Positions 23,030 through 36,040 of a stretch of DNA of 64,000 bases are shown here, piece after piece; positions within the stretch are counted from its first letter, which is position 1; each line of letters begins with the position of its first letter. Under the pieces are notes generated by a model. That model made no database searches. It worked only from the letters and a program-made list of their open reading frames with translations, and was not told where the DNA came from. This stretch comes from Sphagnum compactum. Lineage: Eukaryota. The stretch is from contig OZ234494.1 of the NCBI GenBank assembly GCA_965153455.1, positions 4,898,001-4,962,000 of the forward strand. The letters are read 5' to 3'. The position numbers and the translations under genes are program-made.

Positions 23030-24037
23030 TCAGAGAAATAGTGGGTTGTGGGTTGTGGACATAAACCTAATTCCAAATGGTGTTGCTGAAGCTTCAATCC
23101 ATGGGTATTGCCTCGAATGAAAGTGGTTGGTGGCAATGCGTTGGTGTGCAATATTGCTGGATTTCTTCACTAGTAAGGACACTCTTGCAAAGTTATCATG
23201 AAATACGAATTTCAACATCACACCAACTGCCAACTACCTATGAAAGAACTTCAGGGCAAAGAAAGATATATCACTTCTAGAATGTTTGGAACTCATGTCC
23301 TTCAAAATACAACACACAAAGACTTTGTCAACTGCTTTGAAAGTTGGCACAACCCATATGGATGGTGCCAAGATTATAACTGTCTTCAGCTTGGCCCACA
23401 CCATAAGACCCAGGATGCATTCAACCACTTTTCCATACATACAATAATAAGGCAATTTTTGACCCATCAAATTGACACTCTACTTAGTTAGGTGGCACAA
23501 CTGAAAGGCAAAGCAACTACTACCAGAGCCCAACTATGTTTCATCAATTCTGTAGTTTTTAGCTCTGCATGATACATTGGTCTCTAGATTCAATGGCATC
23601 TTTTGTTATGGCTTGTGGCATTTCAATGACCAAGCATGTACTAGAAAGAGTGGAGAATTGTTTTCAGTTGAATTGCTTGTTGAAGGATATGACTTGAACT
23701 TTCAATGAAGGATGACTCTCCTGGGTATGCATGTTTTGAAAGCCTAGAATTTATGGTTTAAGCCACTCTCTATGAAACAAACATGTCATTGTGAAAGAAC
23801 ATACCGATATTAAACATCTCCTTGAGAATTGGCAAAGATAACACACACCAACTTCATACCTGGGGAGGGAGGTTACAAAGGGATCCCAATTTCGGTTCTC
23901 AAGCTACTAGAGAGGCTATAACAAGGTTAGAAAGAAGGGTGCTTGAACTCGAAAGCTCTTTGATCTCAAATAATGTCTTTATTACTAGGCAACAATCTCT
24001 CGCTTTCAAAAAAAGTTGGAAGCATCTTTTGATTTAA
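23030..24037 (+). pseudogene. Possible decayed ORF of unknown family
   Basis: Less AT-rich than the DNA to its right, with protein-like fragments across frames (GVAEASIHGYCLE*KW...LLDFFTSKDTLAKLS; ATREAITRLERRVLELESSL). No recognised domain. Confidence 0.25.
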
Positions 24038-25711
24038 GTTTACACATTCCAATGGCTCTAGCTTTAAAGCCATTGGGATAAAAGAAAAACTTTAAATAAA
24101 AAAAATCATCTAAATTGTTACATATGAAAGTTTATGTCTTGTTGCTAAAAAATAAGTCTCCCTCTAGGGGGTCTTGAGTTTAAATTCCAAATGTTTTGAA
24201 AATTGGTTTTCCAACAATTCATTTTTGAGGGACAATTGAAGGACTGGTTTTCATAACTCTTACAAGAACTAGATCAACAATTTTCTTTAAAAAGTGAAAA
24301 CTACCCAACCCTTAAAAGCTTGGCTAGAGGTTCTTTCAAAAGCTAGAACAAGACAAGACTAATTATTACACCATTTTTGTGTTCATAATCACAAAATACG
24401 ATTATGCAAATACATGGCACAATATTGAAGAGTTTAAAAGAATCAAAGTTAAAAAACCACAGGGTGAAAGTTGATAAAGAACAATTTTTAATCCTTGTCA
24501 CAAAAAATTGCAAATAATAATTTAAAAATTGATGTATTGAAAGTAATTTAAATATTATTTTATTAAATTCTTGGTATATATTTAAATAAATTATTTTTAA
24601 ATGCATTTACTTGTATAATATTTTTGATCTTACAAAATGGGTTGCAAATAGATGAAATATTGATTTTTTAAGTGAAAGGAGGTTTAGAAAATATTTAGGT
24701 ATTTTCAAATTGAACATATTATAATCATAATATATCAAACTTATAAAAATAGTTTTGAACACCATATGGACTAGTCAATTTCAAATGTATTTGTAATCTG
24801 TATTTATCATATTAAAGTTCTTCAAATTTTGTATTTAGCTAACCATAAATTCAATGTAGTGGTTAATTGTTTCATTTTTTTCTTACAAAATTTTTCTTTT
24901 TAATTTATGTCAAAACATGTTTCATTTTATATTAAATTTTGGGTGTATTATTTTTTTGTTTACTTTACCATGCTTGCACCCCACAACTAATAGGGGCGAA
25001 AGGGAAAAATACATGTGCAATAACCAAAGTTGATCACCATATAGGCCACTTAACTTAATAACATGCAAAACACCATTGAGAACTTGTCAAATGCATTTCC
25101 TTTGAGGTTCATGGTTCCCCTAATAATGTCCACCACGCCATTTTCCAAATTATGGCCTTTTCAAAAGCATCAAAGTCCTTTTGTGTAATCATGTTAAAAC
25201 ATTTATAATAGTAGGAAAAATGGTCAACGTGCCACTTTTTGGACAAAACTTGTGCCACTATGATGTGAAAACAGTTTGCTTTGCTTAAACTATGTTGCAT
25301 GTTGTGGGTTTCAAAAGCCTTGCCAAAAGAACTATTGTTGTTGTGTGGTTGGCTAAATTCATTAACCACAAGTTGATTGTCCTTGATTGGCCAATTGTTA
25401 TGATTGACCCCATTATAATTTTCAAATTCTAATTAAGAATAGACATTTCAATTTTAATTGTTTATGGGTGGGGAAGGGCAAGCATTTATGTCAAACATTA
25501 AATGTGGAAATTAACAATAACACTCGATTGTATTTAAATGATGATGTTTTAGGAATATTAAATCCTTGCACATACATTAAGATTAATATGGGGGTTTTCA
25601 TCAATCATTTTCATTTTCAAATAAAAAAGAAAAGTTATTGTGCATGTGTCTTGATGTTAAAATACATGTATGGATCAACCTAAGTTCAAAACTTCCAAAT
25701 TGAAGTCCATT

Positions 25712-26564
25712 TGTTATGACCCTAACTTTGGGCTCAAGATCAAAATTAAGGCATGAGAATGAATGCAAGCCAAATGAGTGTCTTGGGATTCAAACACACT
25801 CCCACAAATGTGTGAAAGTGAGTCCCAACTCCATTCCTAAGTGATTTTTTCACTTTCATGGGAGTTCAAATTTCACAAGTCTTGAATTTATGGGACAAAA
25901 TGCTAGTAGTAAACATAGTTCAAATTGAGCTTGCAATATACCATTGGAAAGGTCTTGAAGTGTACATGTCAAAAATGGTTCACATCTTACAATTTGGAGT
26001 TGTGAACTATGAATTATGAATAAAAGAAAAGTCAATAAAAAAAATTGACAACTTGACTCACAGCCATTAAAACCTAGGAAATAGGGGTCAAATGACCTTC
26101 AAATTGAACATGTGATATGGCATTGAAAATTTCTCTTTTAGGGGATACAATTGTTTCCTTGACATCTTTTCAATCAAAATTTGCATGTGGGAATTATGAA
26201 CCAATAAATTTGCAAAACTCATAACTTAGGCAAATTGAGATTATTCAAAAGTACTTGCCAAGAAACTCTAGAGTTTTTGCAACTTTAATGCAACCCCCAC
26301 TATTGGTCACAAAATATATTATAGGAAAGGAGATGGTGGCTCCATTCTAAAACCATGTCATGGTGTGTCCACTTTTTAGGCTTGTGCAAATTGATTTCAC
26401 TTTGAATTCTTATTTGTGAATTCATCATATCCTATCTCGAAGCTCTCACCCCCATTTCTTTCTTAGGAGCTAGGGAATATGCCCTAAGTCCGTATTTTGT
26501 TACAAATTTGGGAATCAATATTTTTTTAACCCCAATACTAGTTGACAAACCTAGGGGTGGATCA
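25712..26564. mobile_element. Solo LTR of an LTR retrotransposon (853 bp)
   Basis: Begins TG (tgttatgaccctaactttgggctc) and ends CA (ctaggggtggatca). Flanked by a perfect 5-bp target-site duplication CCATT (25707-25711 and 26565-26569). No internal coding region. Confidence 0.85.
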
Positions 26565-28597
26565 CCATTGAATTTTCCCTGCACATTAAAGTTGATAACC
26601 AAGTGGTTGAGTTAGCACATTATGGCCACCTTGTAGTTCATTGTAGAAATAAAGGTATAATCATCTAACTTATGAACCTTAAATATTACTAGTCAATTGT
26701 CACACATTATAAGTTCTAGTTGTGCACATAATTCATATCAATATTTAAAACAAAGGGCAATTTATCACAAGAGAAGATAATTTTGTCACATGATATAAGT
26801 AGTTTGATGTAGGAATACAATAGAAATTTGAATTGGTTTCTACTTGTAAAGTGTCACAATGTTTTTGCATTCAGGTAAAGTTCATGTGAGAGATGCCATT
26901 ATTTGTGTTGGTAATGCCATTTACCTAAAACAATTGTTGATCCCTTAAAAGGGTAGTTCACAAAGTGTAAATCCAAGGTACCAAGGGAAAACAATTGCAA
27001 ACTTAGTATAAACAACTTATTAAAAAAAGCAAGAGATAAAAGAAAAAGGAATGTGTGTGTGTTGACTTACAATAAAAAAATCCAAACAAAAATATTTTTT
27101 AATTGGAAAACTATGTGAATAAAAATATATGGTCCCATATATTAGTTCTTGGGTAAAAATTATAATTCAATTAGTTTATAATAGGAATTTGCTTATTTTA
27201 TTTCAATTTTTTTGGGTAAACAAGGAATTTTTCATTACAAAAAATTAAAATTAAAAAAATTGTCATGTCAAAACCAAGGGCGTTCGCCCCAAGGGGACCC
27301 AAGGCAAAAAATACCATCACCTATGTATGGGTTATGGAAGAATAACATGTCATGGCAATTGGGCAATTGAGTTTAGGTCAATCCCATTTCTATACAACCT
27401 TTAAGATTTGGAATTGCATTGTGTAGGCATGTAAATGTTCGAGTTTTGTTAATGGTTGCCAAGATCATGTTCGTGAACTCTCTCCCCTAGTTCAAGTTAT
27501 GTGAATAGAAAGCTCAAAGTTCATGGCCATGATTATAATTTCACAATTTTTAAGCCACATCACTATGAAAAAATCGTGTATGCTAAGATCACATTAATTT
27601 ACAACTACATGTCCATACCAACTACATTACAACTAGGTTGCAACATTGGAAAATGACTCATTGCACATGAATTTTAGGGAAGTTCCAAGGGTTTTGAGTA
27701 TTTTGAACATATTTTGGCTGACTATACAATTTTGGTCAATGTGCATTGACTTTGTGATTTAGTAGTTTTATAGTTGTAACATGCAACTTAGGCACACAAA
27801 TGCAATGATGTGGATTACATGTTCCTTCCCTATGCAAACACATCCAATGTGGCAAATGCCAACTGGCATGGACGTTGCCATGCCATATGCATGGTCTTTG
27901 TGATAACCCCATGTGCCTTACAACTTTAGTGGGACTACATTGCAATTAAATATAAATTTTAATTTCTAAGTAACTAGTTTTTGACTCAAGCCACCAAATA
28001 GCATGGTTACAATCCTTGATTCCAACATGACTAAATGCTAACTATAATTCATCAATGTTTCATCCACTTGCCACCTACACAATAACTTGGTGGCATAATG
28101 GAATTTAGACATGAATGTAAATTGTCAATGTAGTTCAAGTAAATAATTTAAAATGCCTTTATTCTATTTCAATGTCTTCTACTTCTCTTCAATTGTTTCA
28201 TCCATAAGAGTTGATTCCTTTGCTAATAATTCCTTAGCCCATACAAGATTTAGGCTTTCGGGTTTGTGTGGCATTGTCAAGGAGTTATTCAACTTTGGTG
28301 CATCATCATCCATGCAAACATTGCCACAACATTGATGTGGTCTTTACAATGACCCCATGTGCACAATCTTACAACTATAACAAAACTAGTTTGTATTGAA
28401 AAGTCAACTAGTTTGTGATGGGTTTTGATTTTTAAATTCAATCTCAAAGCAATTATAGGTTAAACATTGTCCTAAGGATTCATCCAATTTCTATTTGCTT
28501 TGAAACCTTTTGTAACTTCAAGAACATCGATCCAATTACAAGTGGATGAATCCTGACATGCAATGGAATTTGAGATTTGTGCCATTACAAGTTTATG

Positions 28598-28698
28598 AGC
28601 TTCTATGAAAAGCTTCTATGAGAAGCTTCCCTGAAAGAAGCTTCCACAAGAAGTTTCCATGATAAGTTTCCATTAGAAGCTTCCATTAGAGGTTTCTA
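28598..28698. repeat. 13-14-bp tandem repeat (agaagcttccatg-like), ~8 copies
   Basis: agcttctatgaaa agcttctatgaga agcttccctgaaaga agcttccacaaga agtttccatgata agtttcccattaga agcttccattaga. Confidence 0.85.
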
Positions 28699-30253
28699 AA
28701 TATTGCATCAAATTTTTTGAAGTTTTTTTCTTTTTAATGAAGAAGATGTTGAAATCATAGTGGAAGAACACACTCATCTACTATGATTATTTGGATCTTA
28801 ACTTTTGTTTTGCCTCTTCATTTGGTCCTATTTTTTCATGGAAAAATAACAACCTTAAAAACATTAGAATCTTAAATGAGAGGGAGTGTTGTTGCCAACT
28901 CTAAATGTATAATATATTTGGCATCCATTGTTGACAAAGCAAGTAAAAACCTAAAGGATGATCAAAATATTTGTCATTAATCATAATTATTAGCAAATTG
29001 TTGTGTAAAAATGTTATTTATATGAAAGATCATTACTTTCTACTTTTATTTTTAGGTTTTGTTATCATTGTAATTTTTTTTCTTGTTATTGTTATATGTG
29101 GGATGCTCAATAAACTAATATGTATCCTTCTAATGGTTAGTTTTTTTCTACTGGAGTTTATTAGGAAATGACTAAAATTTAACTTACTATTGAACTTGTG
29201 TGGATGGAGGAGAAGTAATGGTCACTTTAATTGGTAGACATGGCCTTCAATGTGTTGTTTGACTTGAGTGTGGTGAGTAACTTCCTTACTTTCAATTACT
29301 TTCATTAGTTGCTACATGCTAAGTTTCATTATTTTGCACAAAAGGTATGTCGGTTACATAGTGGAATAGCTAGATGATTTTTAGTTGATTTGTAGGTGCA
29401 TACAAATACAAACATTGCAAATTGTGAGGTGCATAATGTGATGAAGTTACAATTGTGGCATGTAATTCATGTTGGCACCCATTTGTGATGTGCTTGTTAA
29501 ATATTACTTACACCAAAACATATGTGAATTAAATTTTTATTGATTAATACAAGTGAACAATTTCATGCTTGTGTTAGTTCTAATTTTGCCGCATTTCTTG
29601 ATCGCAATATAACTTTAGAAAAAGGATGGGCGAATAGGTGGGTGCAAGCTTCATGTGCAATAGGATAAGGGCATTGGAAACCATACATGACATGACGCCT
29701 TTGGGCACTAAGATAATAGTTTGGTGTACACATTAGTGATGATGTTAATTACAAGATAGTTACAATGTAATTTGTGTTGGTTGCAACATGGGATCATTTG
29801 TTTGCAACATAGTTGCAAGCATGTTCCAAAGAAGAAAAAAACAAAAAAATGTGTTTTATAAGTTGAAATGCTTATTTTTCTTGTTCTTATTTTTTCATTA
29901 TTCCTTTCCCTTTGCACTTCAAAGATGGTTTCTAGATCTTGAAATAATGTTCCCATAACATTTTAAATCACTCAAAATGAAGCACATATGATGAAGATAT
30001 AAATAATTGATAAATGTATCCTTCTTAATTTATAAATAATTGTATTATAGTCATAGTTCATAGTTGAATAATAGAATTTTAATAATGGTGCACTAGTGGT
30101 CATACTAATTGTATCAATGGGAATCATAGTTGAAAACTAGTTGCAAATGTATCTCATAATGGGTGGTGGAAATATGGACATATGACATGATCACATGTAT
30201 ATACATTGTACATTACTTGTAATATAATTGTTGCTTTAATGGCACATTTATGA

Positions 30254-31058
30254 TCAGTTCGTCGCCCTCGAGGTGGTAGGACGGGGCGGAGATGTGGGCC
30301 AGGCGGACTTCGGCCATCGCCAACGCCCATTGGGTGGCCTGACCGCCAGGCTGCTGTCATTGGACGGAGCGATCAACGATTTGCGTGGCGAACGACGTTG
30401 CGTGCTGGGTGCCGCCGCGGATGGGCGTGCGCAGGATGGTCTTGGTGAACATGAAGTGCGATAGCTAGCGCTCCAGGTTGGTCGGCTGGTCGCAGATCTC
30501 GTTAAGGATGGTCGTCCAGAGCTGAGTGACGGCGTTGATTGCAACCTTGGGTATGTAGTCGGACGTGGGTAGAGTAGCAGTCACGATCTGTTGCATGCTG
30601 GGTAGGTTGAGGTTCTGCGCCAGCCCTTGCGCGCCTTTCGAATAGTTGTTGCCAAGACGACCGGCGTCGTCTTGAGTCGGACCGACAACGTCTCGGCGCT
30701 CCTCGAGCAGACGCGTTAGGTTGGTGTTAGATTGTTGCAGGTTCTTGAAGATGCAGTGGTGATCACGGCAGTGCTCCGTGTCGCCGTTGCACGGGGTGTA
30801 CTACTTGATGCAGTCGATGCACGCCTTGAGGCCCGAGAAGAGGAGGTAGTCGCTCATCAGGTCGACCATGTCCATGTGGTGCGTCTGCACGTGGCTCCTA
30901 AGGGTGCTGCCGGTCGACGCCCAACCCTTGATGTACGCGTTCGTCTCTCAGCACGCCAATGCCGAACAGACGTGCTTGATGGTGTTGCCGATGACCCTAG
31001 TGAAGATGTACTGCTCGTCTAGGGGTGGCAGCACGCGCGGCAGTGTTGGGGCCGCCAT
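30254..31058 (-). pseudogene. GC-rich pseudogenised ORF resembling the 5' zinc-finger region of a CRE-clade (RLE-type) non-LTR retrotransposon
   Basis: ATG at 31058, then ~270 codons with no frameshift and 4 in-frame stops (30950, 30803, 30467, 30359): MAAPTLPRV...CSALAC*ETNAYIKGWASTGSTLRSHVQTHH...LKACIDCIK*Y...LPSMQQIVTATLPTSDYIPKVAINAVTQLWTTILNEICDQPTNLER*LSHFMFTKTILRTPIRGGTQH...DRSVQ*QQPGG. Strong G/C-ending codon bias. No RT domain is retained. Confidence 0.7.
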
Positions 31059-34000
31059 CTTCTCCCCCTCTCTTATTTGGTTGTTATTTTTGGAAAGATT
31101 TGGTTTAGGAATATATATATATATATATAGCTTAAAAACAACTCAACAAAATTGGGGTTTTATCATGGTATCAATGTGGGTGCCGGTTCACCCAAAGCAG
31201 AAAACCCCCACTTTGACAAGTTCCTAAAATAGAACATGTCTACATGGCCCAGTGAAATGCATGTAGTGAGCAAAATTTTTCCATTCCCAAAATAGGTAGG
31301 TAGACATAATGTAATTTTCTCTTTTGGGTGCCGTTATTAAACGAGGAGGAGTTTACTATGGTCAGTGCAGTGAAATTTGTGGAACTAATCATGTGTTTAT
31401 GCTGCGCCCGAATACATAGGCCAACTATTGAGTTTACTCTGTTCTTTGGAGTTATGAAGGTGTGGCTGCAATATATAGTTTACAAGAGGAGTACTTTGGG
31501 CAAAACAAAAGACATAAAGTGACCTGTTATTGGGAATCTATTGTTGGGAACTATTGATAACATAATGAATATTCATTGGGCACTTGTGAGGAACATGAAG
31601 GCACCGTATGGAATACATTTGGGAACACCAAATTTCAAAAAAACCCCATCCCCATCCACCCCTTTTGCCTCCAAAGAAAGGAAATTGGGCCTCTTGGGTG
31701 CAAGTTGCGTCAACTCATTCATGGGCTCACAAAGGTTTCTATTCTGATTGTCAAAGTCACCATTTTTGGCCTAATCTAATGAATTATGAGGACATAGTCA
31801 AGAACTTTTGTGCAACTCCAGCCCACGCCCCCCATCCCACAAGCAAACATTCCAAAATCATGTCAAAGACGAAGAAGATCGCTTGCATGCATGGAAGATT
31901 GATCACATATATGTTTTGAATGTAGTGTTTTGAATACACACTACATCTAGATTACCCAAACCATGAATACTTTTGATTTCCCAGGACCCACTCTCCCTAA
32001 TGTGCCCTAAGCAAAGGTGAATCAGTTGGACACGAGCTTCAAGAATGTCAAGGTGCCTACTTCCCTAGGCAGACGAACCTTCAGCAGGCTGGGAGGTACC
32101 TAATGTGATCTCCAAGGTCCTTTGAGTAGGTTCCTTCCAATTTGCTAAACAAATTAGGTCAATCTTTCACCTAGGAGAAGGGCAGGGCTGGACAGATGCG
32201 TCTCTACACAGGCCCTCAAACAGAGTGCTGGCCTCTGTTGTCATCCATATCCCTATACACGTAAAGTCACTCCAAGGTTTTTTTCCTTTGTATTTGAAAG
32301 GTGCTTTGGTCAGTTGAAGGTACCTTGGGGCCTTCAAATGAAAAACCATTTGCAACTTAAGCTTGGGAAGGCCTGGTCCCACTCCACTGAGTTTTGGGCC
32401 AAAACTGCTCTTGGCCTGCAGCCTAGGAGGTTGAACCTTGAATTAGAGTTTTTATGCAGGTTTGTCCATCTTTCAAGGTGGGCTCTTCTGCCATTTTGTT
32501 ATGTTGATGCATCTCATCCATGAACTTGCTCAATCATGTTCATTTGAGACCGAAAGAATGTTTTTGCCAATATCTCTAGGTGGGATATCAAGCTAGCTAG
32601 GTATCAACACCCCAGGACAAGGGCATGCATTACTGGAATTGGGCCAGTACTCGCCTTGGTTATGGCTTGAGGATGGCCCTCCTTCCTTGCGGTGTTGCCC
32701 TTGTCTGGAGGAGCTGTTACGGGACACATAAAAGTATGTACACCCCCCATTGCTTGCAGTCATGCAGGAGGAGTGTACTACCTATTATTGTAATAGGATA
32801 GTGTGGGCCCCCAAAGGAGGAGGACCTGCCAATGTCAAGCTCCACAAGAAATACAGAAAAGACAAAAATTGGCCCCCAAACCATGATGAGATTCAAGACT
32901 CAAGATGCACACTGATTAAATAAAAAGCATGTCCCGTTGTTCCATGGGACATAGTCCGAAAGGCAAAATGGAATGACCTTAAAAAAAAAAACGAGGGGGG
33001 GCGAGGGAAGAATCGGTCATTAAAAGAAAATTTGGGGCATATATTATTAGAGTTATCCGTAAAGTCATGCCCTGTCGGGCCTGAGTTGCACCCCTCATTT
33101 GATGCTTCATCCCTTACTGGCTGTTGCTCGCAAAGTCATGAAATTTGATTAAATCAGGGTATGAAATACTGAGACTCAGGATTAAATGCATGAGGCGCGA
33201 GAACATTTAGAGCTACAATACACAAAGCAGCAACAGTGTGATTGGGTGAAGGCGTTCAGGAAAAGCAAGGACAAGGCAAACTCGGTTGAGCACCAAATTT
33301 GCTGGTAAACTGAGTTTCATGCCCCCTTGAAGCCCAGTGTACTTTTTTTCCCTGTTTTTTGAAATCTCATCCCTTATGTGACCGACCAAACAGGGGTTTC
33401 TGGTGCCGTCTTTTCCCGACTTTATGGATAACTTTATGTGACCTAAATTTAGGCCCCAGTTGGATTGTGTGGGCGCAAAATAATTCAACAGATGGGCCGG
33501 CCAAAAGGGTGGAGGGAGGAAGGGTTAAGAGAAATGGCCCAAAAGAATCACAACCCAATTGCTAGGTAACTTACTTAATTGGGTCACACTCCATGTGGTC
33601 CTCCCTCTCAATGCGCCCACCAAAAATATATAGAAGAAAAATATTACGGAACAAAAGAAAATTTGGGCCTTTAATATGTGTAGAACCGGTGGCATGGCAA
33701 ATTTTTTTCTTTTCCCTAGGTTGGACTAGTTGCTAGTGAGAACGGTGGCAAAATTGTTTCTTTTCCCTAGGTTGGAGTCGGTTGCTAGTGAGAATAATGC
33801 GATGGGGGCAAGAATGAGAGAGTGAGAGAGAGCTTCAAGGGAGTGTGGAAAGCTGAATAATTATACTTGAAACAGTCTAAGGTGGCCGACCAAACTTGCA
33901 TCCAGTACTGAAAAAGTACTTAAAGGAACAGGGAACGAAAGAAATTGTGGTAATCGTGTAAAAACCCGTCCAAAAGGCATGAATGTACCAGTTGATCATT

Positions 34001-35747
34001 TAGCATGAAAAATGATTGACGATGTTGGATGTACAAGTTGCTGCTGGAATGAAAAATCATTCGCCAATATGTGCACTTATTTGGTGGTCTGAAAGTGAGA
34101 AAACCTCCAAAGCTCAATGAAACAGAAGTTGTAAACAACCCTTTTTATGTAGCTCAAGGGGCTGGTCCCATAATAAAACCAAAGTTTGGTGGGCTCTCGA
34201 AAAAGAGATACCTAGGCTAAAAGAGAGGCCCATTTATGCAGAGTAGAATCGAGCGCCATTTTATCATCCAGTGGTGTCGCCACAATATCTTTACTTTGAA
34301 ACAAGATTTCATGCGTGCCTCCCTGGGGTTGTTTCTCCCTCCGGGCTTGGCTGGCAATTCCCTCCCCCCTCCCACTCAAGTAACCAAAGTTGTATACTTC
34401 AGTGGTTTAAAGATAGCCAGGCGAAATGACAATCATGCTAAGAAGTTACGTGGACAGAAGATGATGGATGACATTCATTAAGCCTTTTGAGTTTGCTTTG
34501 TTCCCCAAGAGCCTTTTGGGTTCACTAAGTTCCCAATGGTTTGTTCCACGCAGCCAGCCAATAACAAGTATAGATATTGTTCTGTTACATATTGTTGCCC
34601 AATGTGGGGGTGTATGGGAGCTAGTATGGTGCCCTTGTGCTATGTTATGTAGCATTTTTGGTCATGGTGCACCCTAGAAAATGGGTATTTGCAAAATTCT
34701 TCATCCAAAAACCTTCTAAGGCATTGGAACAGAGAATGAATCTCATCCACCATCTTCTGTCCAAGTAACTTTTCAACAATGTACCTATTTGCCTTGGTTT
34801 AGAAGAAAGTGCACAAGTAATGTGCAAGAACCCTATCTGTAAATAGCAACTATTAGTTCACTTAAGATAAGTAAGCAAGAAAATTCGGATCACCAAATCC
34901 AACAATTGGCCATGACATTTTTTCTGCTCACCCACACACAAGCCTATTCAACATCCTATGTATATAAATAAAATAAGTACCCCCAGTTTATAATGGGGGT
35001 ATTTAATTTAATGCCCAGGCCAAAATGGTGATGAACAGTTTTGGAAGTAGAAATTTCATGCAGCCAATGGGAAGGCTCAGCATGTGCTTAAAGTGCCTTC
35101 ATGTTTTTTTTCTTTTAAGTTTTGGGGGGGGGGGGGGGTAGGGGGGATTTTTTTTTTTTCATTTTTCCCTGTATAAAACATCACACTCAGATTTCAGAGC
35201 TTGTGCCCGACACTGTGAACCCCACTCTTCGGTCTGGTAGTCCGGTCCCATGAGCATAGATTAGCATCAAAAGGAAAATATAAGTTAGCGGGTTGTTGTT
35301 GTTGTTGTTCTTCTTCGGATAAAATAGTTTCTGGAAATTTCAGAAATTAATAGAACTAATAGAAATGGTGGCAAGTCCCATTTAACTAGGGTTAAGTATT
35401 CATGCTTCCAGTAAGTATTTTAGTGAGGGGGTGTGTGCACGATAGCTTTTTTTTGGGGGTATTTTTTCCCCTTTCAAGAAGGAGCCATTTGATTGGCCTA
35501 TTACCAATATTTTTGCAACATGGGGCACTCCACAACATACAAGCCTAAATATGCTTCCCTCCCCCAAATAGAAGCATGCTTTGTCATACTCCCCCCCCCC
35601 CCAAACCCTAAACCCTAAACTGCAATATGAAAGCTAGTTTAGTCTCTCCCTCTCCTGTATCTATCTGAGTGAGCTCCTCCATAGAAAAAATTGGAATGTC
35701 AAAGATCATTTGGTCAATTTGGGGCCAACATATTTCTTATATGGAAA

Positions 35748-36040
35748 CAAGGGGTGTGTCACACCGTGGCAAGCAAGAGAAGAATTATGGAATTCAAATA
35801 TTTCCCCATGCAAAAAATATAATCTTCAAAAAAATCCTGTAAAAGAAACCAAAATCCTTTAAGATATCATAACTCTATAACTAATCTCATGTTTCAACAC
35901 AAGCCAAAACATCATCTTTCAAAAATCCTCATATTAAAATAGACCTACTACCTAGGTGCCTATTAAAATCCCTTAAGCTACTATACACTATAATGAATCT
36001 AAACAAATATCCTTGCCCTTGGTAGGCAAGGCCGACAAAA
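35748..36040 (-). mobile_element. Non-autonomous Helentron/HINE-like element, copy B
   Basis: Collinear with 21388-21714. Hairpin CCTTGCC-cttggta-GGCAAGG at 36011-36031 and terminal stem ggtgt-gac-acacc. Confidence 0.65.

Noticed and set aside
30254-31227. ORF-track ORFs in the GC island (96, 63, 96 and 119 aa)
   Set aside because: Alternative-frame artefacts of high GC. The codon-biased frame is the stop-interrupted minus frame from 31058.
32875-32955. tRNA-like sequence on the minus strand
   Set aside because: No intact T-loop or acceptor stem; at best a very decayed tRNA-derived fragment.
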